Of a stretch of 64,000 nt of DNA, positions 11,717-22,759 are shown one piece after another (within the stretch, counting starts at the first letter, position 1; every line of letters begins with the position of its first letter). Origin of the DNA: Nannocystales bacterium (GTDB taxonomy: Bacteria > Myxococcota_A > Polyangia > Nannocystales > Nannocystaceae); the NCBI GenBank assembly GCA_050633305.1, contig JBOEGF010000007.1, positions 256,001 through 320,000 of the forward strand, read 5' to 3'. The notes below the pieces were generated by a model. The model saw nothing but the letters and a program-made list of their open reading frames with translations. It was not told where the DNA came from and made no database searches. Both the position numbers and the translations under genes were made by a program.

Positions 11717-12928
11717 ATGAGCGAAGAACACGGACACAACGACGGAGCCCATGAGATCGACAACATGCCCGCAGGGCGTCTTGTCACGATTCTCACGATC
11801 CTGGGCTCCCTGACTCTCGGGCTGTGCTTCGGCGTCATCCAGCTGTTCAACGAGCAGGTGCGCCAGATTCAGGGCGAGCGAGCCGAAGGCGGGAATGCCT
11901 CCGAGCTGGCGTACGCCGCCGAGATGGCTGCGATCGCGGACGGGTACGGCCAGTACGAGATCGTCAAGCCGGTCGGTGAGGGCAAGCCGGACAAGGTGAC
12001 GACCCGCTACTTCATGCCGGTGGGCAAGGCCTCACAGCAGATTCTCGACAACCCGGCTCTGCTTGCCGGTCAGCGCCCGGCGAAGGATTGGGCGGGGACC
12101 GGCACGGGCAAGAAGGTTCAGGAGTGGGGCGGCTTGCCCAGCGTCACCCCGAAGAAGCCCGACGCCAAGGCCCTGGGCGACGTCAAGAAGGCCGCCGACA
12201 AGAAGGGCCCTCGCGAGCACCGCTTCTCGTTCGCGATCAGTGGCGAGGATCTCGTGCTCCTCGGCGAGGTGCCGTCCGAGGCCGACAGCAAGGCGCTCGA
12301 GGGCGCTGCCAAGAAGACCCGCTTCGGCGACAAGGTGCGCAACAAGCTCAAGGTCACCAACGCACCGGGCAAGCCCGGGTTCGACAGCGCCTACAAGCGG
12401 GCGTTGGCGGCGGTGGCTCTGATGAGCTCGGGGAACGCCAAGTTCACGGCCGGCAAACTCTCGATGACCGGGTTTGTCCCGGATGCGAACAAAGCCAAGT
12501 TCGACGAGCTCTCGCAGGCTGCAGGTGGACCGCCGATGGGGAAAATCGAGGTCGCCAGCACCGAACTCGCCGACGACTGCGACAAGAAGTTCGCCAAGGC
12601 GTTGAAGCGGCCAATCCGTTTCGGAACCGCGAGCGCCGACATCGACGAGAAGTCGATGAAGACCCTCGACAAGCTGGCGGCGATCGCCAAGGAATGCCCC
12701 GGACGTTTTGTGGTCGAGGGCCACAGCGACAACGAGGGCATGCCCGACGCCAACAAGCAGCTCAGCCTTCAGCGCGCCAACGCCGTGTCTGCATCGCTGC
12801 AGGAAAAAGGTGTTGAGAAGAAGCGCCTGCGGGCAAAGGGCTACGGCCAAGAGCGCCCGCTCGTTCCCAACGACAACGATGCCGGTCGGAAGAAGAACCG
12901 TCGCATCGAAATCCACATCGCCCGCTAG
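11717..12928 (+). CDS. ActG-like single-TM protein fused to BON-like repeats and an OmpA-like peptidoglycan-binding domain
   Basis: Sits in the actG position. Single TM then an ActG-like segment (GYG...RYFMPVGKA), a BON-like segment (LVLLGEVPSEA...VRNKLKV) and an OmpA C-like domain (IRF..VEGHSD..N..LSLQRA..GYGQERP..NRRIEI). Confidence 0.8.
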   Translation: MSEEHGHNDGAHEIDNMPAGRLVTILTILGSLTLGLCFGVIQLFNEQVRQIQGERAEGGNASELAYAAEMAAIADGYGQYEIVKPVGEGKPDKVTTRYFMPVGKASQQILDNPALLAGQRPAKDWAGTGTGKKVQEWGGLPSVTPKKPDAKALGDVKKAADKKGPREHRFSFAISGEDLVLLGEVPSEADSKALEGAAKKTRFGDKVRNKLKVTNAPGKPGFDSAYKRALAAVALMSSGNAKFTAGKLSMTGFVPDANKAKFDELSQAAGGPPMGKIEVASTELADDCDKKFAKALKRPIRFGTASADIDEKSMKTLDKLAAIAKECPGRFVVEGHSDNEGMPDANKQLSLQRANAVSASLQEKGVEKKRLRAKGYGQERPLVPNDNDAGRKKNRRIEIHIAR

Positions 12929-12955
12929 TCACCGTCTCTGCCGGACCCCTTCGTC

Positions 12956-13885
12956 ATGCCCCGTCTCTTCGACAGCCTGCTGACCCGCCTCGCGGGGATC
13001 GTGTTCGCGTTTGCGTTCGCGACCCTTCCGGCGTGGGCCCAGGCCGAGCCAGCGCAACCGCTGTCTCCGGAGATGCGGGCGATCGAGGTCTCGGAGCACA
13101 AGGGGTCGAAGATCGATCCCGAGCTTTCCTTCGTCGACCACACTGGAAAGTCTGTCACCCTCGGGGACTACCTCGACGGCGATCGGCCGGTCCTGCTCAC
13201 GCTGAACTACTTCCGCTGTCGTGTGGTGTGCAGCGTTCAGCTCAACGGCCTCGCCGATGCGTTGGCGGAGCTCGACTGGACCGCGGGGGACGGCAACTTC
13301 CGCATCGTCACCGTCTCGATCGATCCCAACGAGACCCCCGCGGATGCTCGTAAGAAGCGGGACACGATTCTCGCTGCCGTCGACAAGGGTGACGACGTCG
13401 ACTGGCAGTTTCTGACCGGTTCGTCGATCCAGATCCGGGCGCTGTCCGAGCAGCTCGGTATCAGCTACGCCTACGACGCCGAGCAGGACCAGTACGCACA
13501 CCCTGCGGTGGCGATGTTCTTGTCCCCCGAGGGCAAGATCGCTCAGTACCTCTACGGTCTCACCTTCATCCCGCGGGATGTGAAGTTCGCGCTCATCGAG
13601 GCGAGCGAAGGTAAGATCGGTTCTCCCATGGAGCAGCTCTACCTGAGCTGTTTCGCCTACGATCCCACGATTGGGCGGTATGGCCCGTTCGCGTTCGGCA
13701 TGGTCCGACTCGGCGGCGTGCTCACCGTTCTTGTGTTGGGAAGTTTCCTGTTCGTGTTGTGGCGTCGCGACCGTCGCCGCAGCGCAGAAGAATCCTCCTG
13801 GATGCAGTTGCCCTTCGTTCACGAACGAAGCGGCTCCCCTGACCCGATGGACCCCTCCAAACGAAAAGGCGAGGTAGCGAAGTGA
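12956..13885 (+). CDS. SCO-family protein (ACIII/caa3-associated type)
   Basis: Signal peptide, YFRCRVVC (CxxxC), SIDPNET, YAHPA and a C-terminal TM after CFAYDP. Confidence 0.9.
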   Translation: MPRLFDSLLTRLAGIVFAFAFATLPAWAQAEPAQPLSPEMRAIEVSEHKGSKIDPELSFVDHTGKSVTLGDYLDGDRPVLLTLNYFRCRVVCSVQLNGLADALAELDWTAGDGNFRIVTVSIDPNETPADARKKRDTILAAVDKGDDVDWQFLTGSSIQIRALSEQLGISYAYDAEQDQYAHPAVAMFLSPEGKIAQYLYGLTFIPRDVKFALIEASEGKIGSPMEQLYLSCFAYDPTIGRYGPFAFGMVRLGGVLTVLVLGSFLFVLWRRDRRRSAEESSWMQLPFVHERSGSPDPMDPSKRKGEVAK

Positions 13886-14973
13886 TCCTCTCCCTATTCA
13901 CGGCACCCGAAAACGCCGCCGCACCACCCCCAGTAGAAGGCGCTGCCGACGCTGCCGCCGAAATGGCTGCTGCCGCTAGCCAAGCTCCACTTCCTCCGGT
14001 CGAGACCGCACACCCCTGGGCGATGCCCACGGCGGCGTCGACCTTTGCCGAGGATACGGACAACCTCTACTTCTTCATCACCGCGCTCGACACGCTGTTC
14101 TTCGTGTTGATCATGGGAGCGATGGGGTACTTCATGTGGAAGTACCGTCGTCGCAGCAAGGACCAGAAGACCAGTTCGATCACCCACAGCGGCGTGATCG
14201 AGTTCCTCTGGAGCGCAATCCCGACGGCGCTGCTGCTCGTGATCTTCGTCTGGGGCGAGTGCGACTTCGTGCGCCAATCGGTCGCGCCGGCCGACCCGCT
14301 GGAAGTCCGGGTGACCGGGCAGAAGTGGTACTGGACCGTCGAGTATCCGAAGTACCCCGGTGTGTCGCTCAACTCCTCCACCGAGGAGCCCGCGCTCACG
14401 TTGATGGTGCCCAAAGGCAAGCCTGTGCGGCTCACGATGACGTCCACGGATGTCATCCACTCGTTCTTCGTGCCAGCGTTCCGCGTGAAGCGTGACGTCG
14501 TGCCGGGTCGCTACACGCAGATCTGGTTCGAAGCGACGCGGATCGGCGAGTTCAACCTGTTCTGCACCGAGTACTGCGGGGACTTCCACTCGCAGATGAC
14601 TGGTGTCGTCAAAGTCCTCGAGCCCGACGACTTCGAGCGAGCATTGATCGAGGCCGGCGTGCTCACGCAGGAGGAGGGCGAGTCGATGGCTGCCTACGGC
14701 GAGCGCATCTACAAGCGCCGCGGGTGCGTGGCTTGTCACTCGGTCGACGGGACCGATGGGACGGGTCCTTCCTGGCAGGGACTCTACGGTCGTACCGAGA
14801 GCCTCTCGGACGGAAGCACGGTCAAGGCCGAGGACCAGTACATCAAGGACTCCATCTACGAGCCCAACAAGCAGGTCGTCACGGGGTTCGCCCCTCAGAT
14901 GCCGAGCTACCAGGGCCAACTCGACGACTCGCAGGTCACGGCCGTGATCGAGTACATCAAGACGCTCAAGTAG
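13882..14973 (+). CDS. coxB: caa3-type cytochrome c oxidase subunit II with fused cytochrome c
   Basis: Two TMs, DVIHSF, CuA motif [12 protein letters not shown], then C-terminal CVACH and QMPSY. Confidence 0.95.
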   Translation: MILSLFTAPENAAAPPPVEGAADAAAEMAAAASQAPLPPVETAHPWAMPTAASTFAEDTDNLYFFITALDTLFFVLIMGAMGYFMWKYRRRSKDQKTSSITHSGVIEFLWSAIPTALLLVIFVWGECDFVRQSVAPADPLEVRVTGQKWYWTVEYPKYPGVSLNSSTEEPALTLMVPKGKPVRLTMTSTDVIHSFFVPAFRVKRDVVPGRYTQIWFEATRIGEFNLFCTEYCGDFHSQMTGVVKVLEPDDFERALIEAGVLTQEEGESMAAYGERIYKRRGCVACHSVDGTDGTGPSWQGLYGRTESLSDGSTVKAEDQYIKDSIYEPNKQVVTGFAPQMPSYQGQLDDSQVTAVIEYIKTLK

Positions 14974-14992
14974 CGCCCACGGAGACATCGCC

Positions 14993-16615
<1,623 letters not shown>

Positions 16616-16657
16616 CGCCTGGATTGTGAATCGAAAGACTGCAGAGGGACCTTACTG

Positions 16658-17344
16658 ATGGGTGACCACGCAAAACCGGCGAAGAACCATGCGTTCTTCC
16701 AGCACCACTTCAACACCGTCGGGCAGCAAGCCGGCGCGGCCAAGATGGGCATGTGGCTCTTCTTGGCGACCGAAGTGCTCATGTTCTCAGGCCTGTTCTT
16801 GGCCTACTTCGTCGTCCGGGCCCTGTACCCCGAGATGGTCTTGAGCTCGCACGAGCTTCTCGACAAGACGATGGGCGGCATCAACACCGTCGTGCTGCTC
16901 ACCTCGAGCTTCACGATGGCCATGGCCGTCCGCTACGCCCAGCTCGGTGACAACAAGCGCTGCGCGACGCAGCTGCTCATCACCTTGGCCTGTGCCTTCA
17001 TCTTCCTCGGCGTGAAGTACGTCGAGTACACGGGGAAGTTCTCGCACGGGATTTTCCCGGGCGGCTACTTCCACTACGACGAAGCCGCTCAGTACGCGCA
17101 CAGCCACGGACACAGCTTCCGCGGCCTGCCGCACGTCTTCTTTGGCTTGTACTTCGTGATGACGGGCCTGCACGGCGTGCACGTGCTTGCGGGTATCGGA
17201 GTCATCGTCTGGGTCTACCTTCGTGCCAAGCGGGGCGACTTCAAGGACGGCTACTACGCACCGGTCGAGAACGTGGGCCTGTACTGGCACATCGTCGACC
17301 TGGTCTGGATCTTCCTCTTCCCCCTGCTTTACCTCGTGAAATAG
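16658..17344 (+). CDS. coxC: Cytochrome c oxidase subunit III
   Basis: [41 protein letters not shown]. Confidence 0.95.
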   Translation: MGDHAKPAKNHAFFQHHFNTVGQQAGAAKMGMWLFLATEVLMFSGLFLAYFVVRALYPEMVLSSHELLDKTMGGINTVVLLTSSFTMAMAVRYAQLGDNKRCATQLLITLACAFIFLGVKYVEYTGKFSHGIFPGGYFHYDEAAQYAHSHGHSFRGLPHVFFGLYFVMTGLHGVHVLAGIGVIVWVYLRAKRGDFKDGYYAPVENVGLYWHIVDLVWIFLFPLLYLVK

Positions 17345-17353
17345 GAGAGCGAC

Positions 17354-18115
17354 GTGGCTGATAACAACGACAACAAGCTCTTCTTCGGCGGCAAAGCAGC
17401 CGACGACTTCGTCGAGTGCCACGAGCACATCTCGCCGGTCTCGATGTACCTCAAGGTCCTCGCGGCGCTATTTGTGCTGACCGGGCTCACCTACGCGGTC
17501 TCGTACGCGAACCTGGGGCCAGCATCGCTCCCGGTCGCGATGGTCGTCGCAGCCATGAAGGCCACGCTCGTGAGCGCGTTCTTCATGCACCTCATCTACG
17601 ACGACAAGTTCCACGTCTTCATCTTTGGGGCGTCGCTCTTGTTCGTGGGGATCTTCTTCACGTTCACCATCTTCGACCTTGAGTCGCGGGATCGTCTGAG
17701 CGAGGCGCAGGCCACCGACTTCCGGCGCGCCGACGGCGGCTGGGACGACATGGGTCGGATGGGCGCGGCAACCAACACCGAAGCCAGCCGGCCCGCGTGC
17801 TCCGACGGCACGGTGCCGATGTGCGACCAGACCTTCGCGGTCTGCAACGGCGAGGACGCGCATGGCGGCGAGGATTTCTTGGTCCGCCGGATCGAGAACG
17901 AGTGCTTCGTCTCCGAGATGGTCCCCTCCGTTGGCGCCGACGGAAAGCCGGTTCTCCAGGACGGCGTCGCCGTGATGGTCGATGCTGGCTGCGTGCTGCC
18001 CAAGCTGGGTTGCGTCAACCCGCACACCGCGGAAGGCCACAAGGCTTCGGCTGCCAAAGCCGCTGCGCCCGCCGAGGGCGAGGCCGCCGCGGAAGCGCCC
18101 AAGCCCGCGCACTAA
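17354..18115 (+). CDS. Cytochrome c oxidase subunit IV family protein with a long Cys-rich C-terminal extension
   Basis: Three TMs with Y..V..AL..LT, KATLV..FFMHL; followed by about 145 aa containing 6 Cys and an Ala/Pro tail. RBS GGAG upstream. Confidence 0.85.
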   Translation: MADNNDNKLFFGGKAADDFVECHEHISPVSMYLKVLAALFVLTGLTYAVSYANLGPASLPVAMVVAAMKATLVSAFFMHLIYDDKFHVFIFGASLLFVGIFFTFTIFDLESRDRLSEAQATDFRRADGGWDDMGRMGAATNTEASRPACSDGTVPMCDQTFAVCNGEDAHGGEDFLVRRIENECFVSEMVPSVGADGKPVLQDGVAVMVDAGCVLPKLGCVNPHTAEGHKASAAKAAAPAEGEAAAEAPKPAH

Positions 18116-18140
18116 CACCGAGGGCCGGCCTTCGGTCACC

Positions 18141-18168
18141 AAGCCGCGTTCCGATGGGAGCGCGGCTT
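18141..18168 (+). terminator. Hairpin/terminator after the ACIII-caa3 operon
   Basis: AAGCCGCGTTCC-GATG-GGAGCGCGGCTT(TG); the U-tract is short. Confidence 0.55.
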
Positions 18169-18320
18169 TGGTCGTTCTGGGGGCTGGCCCCCGCAGCCGG
18201 CGTCATCCCACACCCCGAGTGACGATGCATCGGTGGCGCTGGGTTCGCGGGTGAGGCAAGCGGTCGCTACTGATGGCCTGATGGGCTGCCAGCGGCTCCA
18301 CACTGTGGCACCCTGGAGTC

Positions 18321-19415
18321 GTGCGCCTTGTGAAACTGCGCCGCACGACGGAGCCGCGCGCTTCGTCGGCGCCGGCCCATGTCTCCGTGAACGGTTCGGT
18401 CGACCTCGTCGATCGCACCGACCGGCGCGTGCGCTACTTGCGGATTTCACTCCTGGATCGGTGCAACTACCGATGCACCTACTGCATGCCCGACGAGCCG
18501 ATGGAGTTCGGCGCGCGGGATGAAGTCCTCCGGCTTGAAGAGGTGGTCACGCTCGCGGCCGCTTTCGCGCGTTGGGGTGTCGACCGAGTTCGCCTGACCG
18601 GGGGCGAGCCCACACTCCGGCGCGGCCTGGTCGATCTGGTCGGTAACCTCTCCGGGCTGGAGACCGAGTCCGGAAAGTCGCTGCAGGTCGTGATGACGAC
18701 CAACGCCGAGCGACTGGAGCCGCTGGTCGGTCCGTTGCGGTCCGCTGGGCTCCATGGGCTGACGGTCTCGCTGGACAGTCTCGACCCAGAACGTTTCGCC
18801 CGCATCACCCGGCGCGGCAATCTCGTCAATGTCCTCGCGGGGCTCGACGCGGCAGCGAGTGCGGGCTTTGACCACGTCAAGCTGAACACCGTGGCCATCA
18901 AGGGCTTCAACGACCACGAACTCGCCGACTTGGCGCAGTTCGCTTGGGCTCGTGGAATCACGCCGCGCTTCATCGAGCAGATGCCGATGAGCGGAGGGGC
19001 CACGTTCATGCCCGGGGAGATGATGTCGGCGCACGAGGTGCGTGCGGTCGTCGAACGGGGCCTTGGAGCCGCCGTGGTCGCGGATTCTGGAGACGGCGTG
19101 CGCGGGCAGGGCCCCGCGTCGTACTGGCGCGTGGAGTCGGGCCCGTGGGCGGGTCGCCGCTTGGGCACGATCGGGGCGCTCACCGAAAACTTCTGCGCCA
19201 GCTGCAACCGCCTGCGCGTGTCGGCGACCGGGCAGCTCCACGGTTGTCTGGCACGTGATGAAACCGGAGACCTACGCGCAGCCCTTCGGGGCGGCCAAGT
19301 CGGAGACGTCGAGCGCGTGGTACAGCGCGTGCTCGTCACCAAACGCGACGCGCACGCATTCGGCCTCGATGGCCGGGGCGGGCCGCGCAAAGCAATGATG
19401 AGCATCGGGGGATGA
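18321..19415 (+). CDS. moaA: GTP 3',8-cyclase (radical SAM, molybdenum cofactor biosynthesis)
   Basis: YLRIS..DRCNYRCTYCMP, RLTGGEP, FCASCNRLR..GCL and C-terminal MMSIGG. Confidence 0.95.
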   Translation: MRLVKLRRTTEPRASSAPAHVSVNGSVDLVDRTDRRVRYLRISLLDRCNYRCTYCMPDEPMEFGARDEVLRLEEVVTLAAAFARWGVDRVRLTGGEPTLRRGLVDLVGNLSGLETESGKSLQVVMTTNAERLEPLVGPLRSAGLHGLTVSLDSLDPERFARITRRGNLVNVLAGLDAAASAGFDHVKLNTVAIKGFNDHELADLAQFAWARGITPRFIEQMPMSGGATFMPGEMMSAHEVRAVVERGLGAAVVADSGDGVRGQGPASYWRVESGPWAGRRLGTIGALTENFCASCNRLRVSATGQLHGCLARDETGDLRAALRGGQVGDVERVVQRVLVTKRDAHAFGLDGRGGPRKAMMSIGG

Positions 19416-19419
19416 ATCC

Positions 19420-19863
19420 ATGGCACTGAGTCTCGGAAGCAAAATTGGAATCGGAGTCGTCGTTCTGGGCGCGGTTGGCTATCTGGTGCTCTCCGACCCC
19501 GGCGAGGGGGTGCTGGAGTACGTCTACGCCGAGAAGGTCGTCGCGACCCCAGAGGCCTACCAGGGCCGAACGATCCAGGTTCACGGAACAGTGGTCGAAG
19601 GGACCATCTCCAAGAAGAAGGGCACGACCGGGGACTACCGGTTCACGATCGAGAGCGCCGGGGAGCGGCTCGCGGTGCACTTCACCAACATCCCGCCCGA
19701 CACATTCCAGGAGGGAGGCGAGGTCGTTCTGACCGGCCGCCTCTCCGAGTCAGGGAACCTCTTCGAGTCCGATGAGATGTCGGCGAAGTGCCCCTCGAAG
19801 TACGAAGAAGAAGACAGCGTCAAGCAAGACGGTCCGGCTGGAATCAGCCCCTCTCGCACCTGA
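19420..19863 (+). CDS. ccmE: Heme chaperone CcmE, CxxxY variant
   Basis: N-terminal TM, PDTFQEG..VV..G, AKCPSKY. Confidence 0.92.
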   Translation: MALSLGSKIGIGVVVLGAVGYLVLSDPGEGVLEYVYAEKVVATPEAYQGRTIQVHGTVVEGTISKKKGTTGDYRFTIESAGERLAVHFTNIPPDTFQEGGEVVLTGRLSESGNLFESDEMSAKCPSKYEEEDSVKQDGPAGISPSRT

Positions 19864-19959
19864 GCCGCACCCGACCTGCACTTCGCTGGCGGATTCCCGT
19901 CAACGCGGTACGGCGCACCTGTCTGTGCGCACGATGGTCCACACCACCTCGAGTTCCCC

Positions 19960-22050
19960 ATGACGATCTCCACGCTCGGCACCGTCACGATTCTTCTGCT
20001 GTTCCTGCTCACGCTGGCCACGGCATCCATGGCCGCGTTGGCTGCCCACAGCCGCTCCGAGCGGCTGCTCGAGGGCGCGACTGCAGGCATGCACGCCATC
20101 TTCGGTCTGGCCGCGCTCTCGTCTGCGTTGCTGGTCTACGCGTTTCTGGCCGGCGATTACAGCATCCAATATGTCCAACACAACGGGCACCCCGCGATGC
20201 CGATCTTCTACAAGGTCACCGCGTTCTGGGGGTCGCTCGACGGCAGCTTGCTGTTCTGGGTGTTGTTGCTGTCGCTGTTCAGTTCGCTGGCGATTCGGGC
20301 CAACGCCAAGCGGCACCGTGAGCTCATCCCGCATGCGGTCTTGGTGCTCGCGATCATCCTCGGATTCTTCACGGCGTTGCTGGTCTTCCTCAAGAACCCG
20401 TTCAACCCGTTCCTGATCGCCGACGCTGACCTCCCCGCCCCCCAGGGCAAGGGGATGAACCCGCTGCTGCAAAACCCCTACATGATCTGTCACCCGCCGA
20501 GCCTGTACCTCGGGATGGTGTCGCTCGCCGTCCCCTACGCGTTCGGGATGGCGGCGATGATCACGGGCAACGTCGATGCGCAGTGGCAACGCAGCATGCG
20601 TCGCTGGGTGTTGTTCAGCTGGCTCTTCCTGGGCACCGGCCTGATGCTCGGCGGTCTGTGGGCCTATGAAGAACTGGGGTGGGGCGGATACTGGGCCTGG
20701 GATCCCGTGGAAAACGCCGGGTTGTTCCCGTGGCTGACCTGCACCGCATTCCTTCACTCGGTCATGGTCCAAGAGCGCCGCGGCATGTTGAAGGTCTGGA
20801 ACCTCGTGCTCGTCATCGCGAGTTTCTGGCTCACGATCTTCGGCACCTTCCTCACCCGCAGCGGTGTGGTGCAGAGCGTTCACGCGTTCGGGGAGGACCC
20901 GCAGCTCGCGTGGACCTTCGGCATCTTCATGGTGTTCATCCTGATCGTCTCGTTCGGCCTGCTGTTCTGGCGACTGCCGCTGTTGCGCTCCCGCAACGAG
21001 CTCGAGAGCGTGCTCAGCCGGGAGTTCGCCTTCCTACTCAACAACTGGCTGTTCTTGTTGGCCGCGTTCTTCGTGGCCGGCGCGACGATCTACCCCACGC
21101 TCCGCGACTGGACCGGCATCCTGGCCACGGACCACGAGTGGCTTCGGGAGATCACGTTCTCGGTCGGCATGTTCGACGAGAAGGACTGGATGGCCAACAT
21201 GGCCGCCGGGCGACCGGCCTACGATCGCATCACGATTGGCCCGTCCTTCTACAACAAGTACATGGTGCCGGTCGGACTGGCGCTCGTGTTCCTCACCGGC
21301 GTGGGCCCCTTGGTCGCGTGGCGCAAGTCGAGCACCGAGTCTTTGGTCAAACAGTTCCTGATGCCGCTCATCGTCGGCTCGGTGACGGCCGTCGTTGCAT
21401 TTGTCGCCGTGGACCAGATTCACGACGTCAGCATCGGCATCGCCGGGACGACCTGCTTCGGCCTGTGCGGGTTCACCATGTGGACCATCATTCAGGAGTT
21501 CTATCGGGGCGTGTCTGTACGACGCCGGGGCCGGCAGCAGTCGGTACTCGACGCGCTGATCGGTCTCATCTCCCGGGCTCGACGTCGCTACGGCGGCTAC
21601 ATCGTGCACTTGGGCATGGTGCTGATGTTCTTCGGGTGGGCGGGCAACGCATACGGCATCGAACGGAAGATCAGCATCTCACCCGGTGAGAAGGTCGACC
21701 TCGGCCCCTACGAGATCCGGCACGACGGCACGCTGGCGTCCGAAGACTGGCAGAAGGACATGCTCTCGGTGAAGTTCACCGTCTTGCAACGAGGGGAGAT
21801 CGTCGACGAGCTGACGCCTGCGAAGTGGTGGTACTACCAAAGCCCGGACATGCCCACGACCGAGGTGGCTCGCCACATGACCATCGGCGGCGACGCATAC
21901 ATCTCGATCGACGATGTCGACATGACGACGGGCTGGACCCGCGCAAACCTCTACTACAACCCGCTGGTGAACTGGGTGTGGCTCGGCTTTGGCATCATGA
22001 TCATGGGCGGCATCATCTGCATCGGCACGAGCAAGACGGAAGGCGCCTGA
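19960..22050 (+). CDS. ccmF: Holocytochrome c synthase CcmF
   Basis: GSLLFW, GMNPLLQN..HPP, WWD motif WGGYWAWDPVEN, AFLHS, TRSG..SVHAF, YGGYIVHLG. Confidence 0.96.
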   Translation: MTISTLGTVTILLLFLLTLATASMAALAAHSRSERLLEGATAGMHAIFGLAALSSALLVYAFLAGDYSIQYVQHNGHPAMPIFYKVTAFWGSLDGSLLFWVLLLSLFSSLAIRANAKRHRELIPHAVLVLAIILGFFTALLVFLKNPFNPFLIADADLPAPQGKGMNPLLQNPYMICHPPSLYLGMVSLAVPYAFGMAAMITGNVDAQWQRSMRRWVLFSWLFLGTGLMLGGLWAYEELGWGGYWAWDPVENAGLFPWLTCTAFLHSVMVQERRGMLKVWNLVLVIASFWLTIFGTFLTRSGVVQSVHAFGEDPQLAWTFGIFMVFILIVSFGLLFWRLPLLRSRNELESVLSREFAFLLNNWLFLLAAFFVAGATIYPTLRDWTGILATDHEWLREITFSVGMFDEKDWMANMAAGRPAYDRITIGPSFYNKYMVPVGLALVFLTGVGPLVAWRKSSTESLVKQFLMPLIVGSVTAVVAFVAVDQIHDVSIGIAGTTCFGLCGFTMWTIIQEFYRGVSVRRRGRQQSVLDALIGLISRARRRYGGYIVHLGMVLMFFGWAGNAYGIERKISISPGEKVDLGPYEIRHDGTLASEDWQKDMLSVKFTVLQRGEIVDELTPAKWWYYQSPDMPTTEVARHMTIGGDAYISIDDVDMTTGWTRANLYYNPLVNWVWLGFGIMIMGGIICIGTSKTEGA

Positions 22051-22051
22051 C

Positions 22052-22759
22052 GTGCCCAGCACTGTGTCTGACTCTCGCTCCGCGCTGATGCGCTGGGGCG
22101 CCATCGCCTTGGTCGGTAGCGCAGGCTTTGTCGCGTTCCTCTCGATGTCCGCGGGCGCTCGGCTCGATGTCGCCACGGGCGGTCTCGTGGTCGGTGCCGC
22201 CGCGCTGGTCTTCAGCTTGGCCACACTGTTCAAGATGGTTCAGGTCCTCTCGCGACCTCGGGCGGCGCTGGGAATCGGCTCGCGCGGACTCGGCGGGGCC
22301 AGCCGGTCCCAGCTCCGGGAGGAGAAGCGCCGGCTTCTTCGGGCGATCAAGGAACTCAAGTTCGACTTCGAGATGGGCAAGCTCTCGGAGACCGACTTCA
22401 CCGACGTCAAGCAGACGTACGAGCTTCGGGCGATCGAAGTGATGCGCCAGCTCGACGGCGTACGAAAGGTTCACCCCGAGGTCTACGCCCTGCTCGAAGG
22501 GCGTGGGCTCACCGATGTCCTCCCCGATGGAGTCGAGCCGGCCGACGCACCGGAGCCGGCCGAGGCATCCGAGCCCGAGCCCGAGCCCGAGCAGAAGGAC
22601 GCGACCGAGTCTTCTCGCCCAGCTGACGCTGCCGACGACGACGACGACGCTGGCGCAGAGACGGACGACTCCGTGGCGCTCATCTGTGGCGCTTGCTCCG
22701 GCGCCAACGACCCGGACGCCAAGTTCTGCAAACACTGCGGCAAGGAAATCTCGGCATGA
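22052..22759 (+). CDS. Membrane protein with CcmI-like helical segment and C-terminal zinc ribbon
   Basis: Two TMs, IKELKFDFEMGKLSETDF helical motif, acidic linker and CGAC..N...AKFCKHCG. Confidence 0.75.
   Translation: MPSTVSDSRSALMRWGAIALVGSAGFVAFLSMSAGARLDVATGGLVVGAAALVFSLATLFKMVQVLSRPRAALGIGSRGLGGASRSQLREEKRRLLRAIKELKFDFEMGKLSETDFTDVKQTYELRAIEVMRQLDGVRKVHPEVYALLEGRGLTDVLPDGVEPADAPEPAEASEPEPEPEQKDATESSRPADAADDDDDAGAETDDSVALICGACSGANDPDAKFCKHCGKEISA

Noticed and set aside
18170..18320. Possible Moco riboswitch upstream of moaA
   Set aside because: I could not identify the conserved Moco RNA motif elements; an Rfam scan would settle it.
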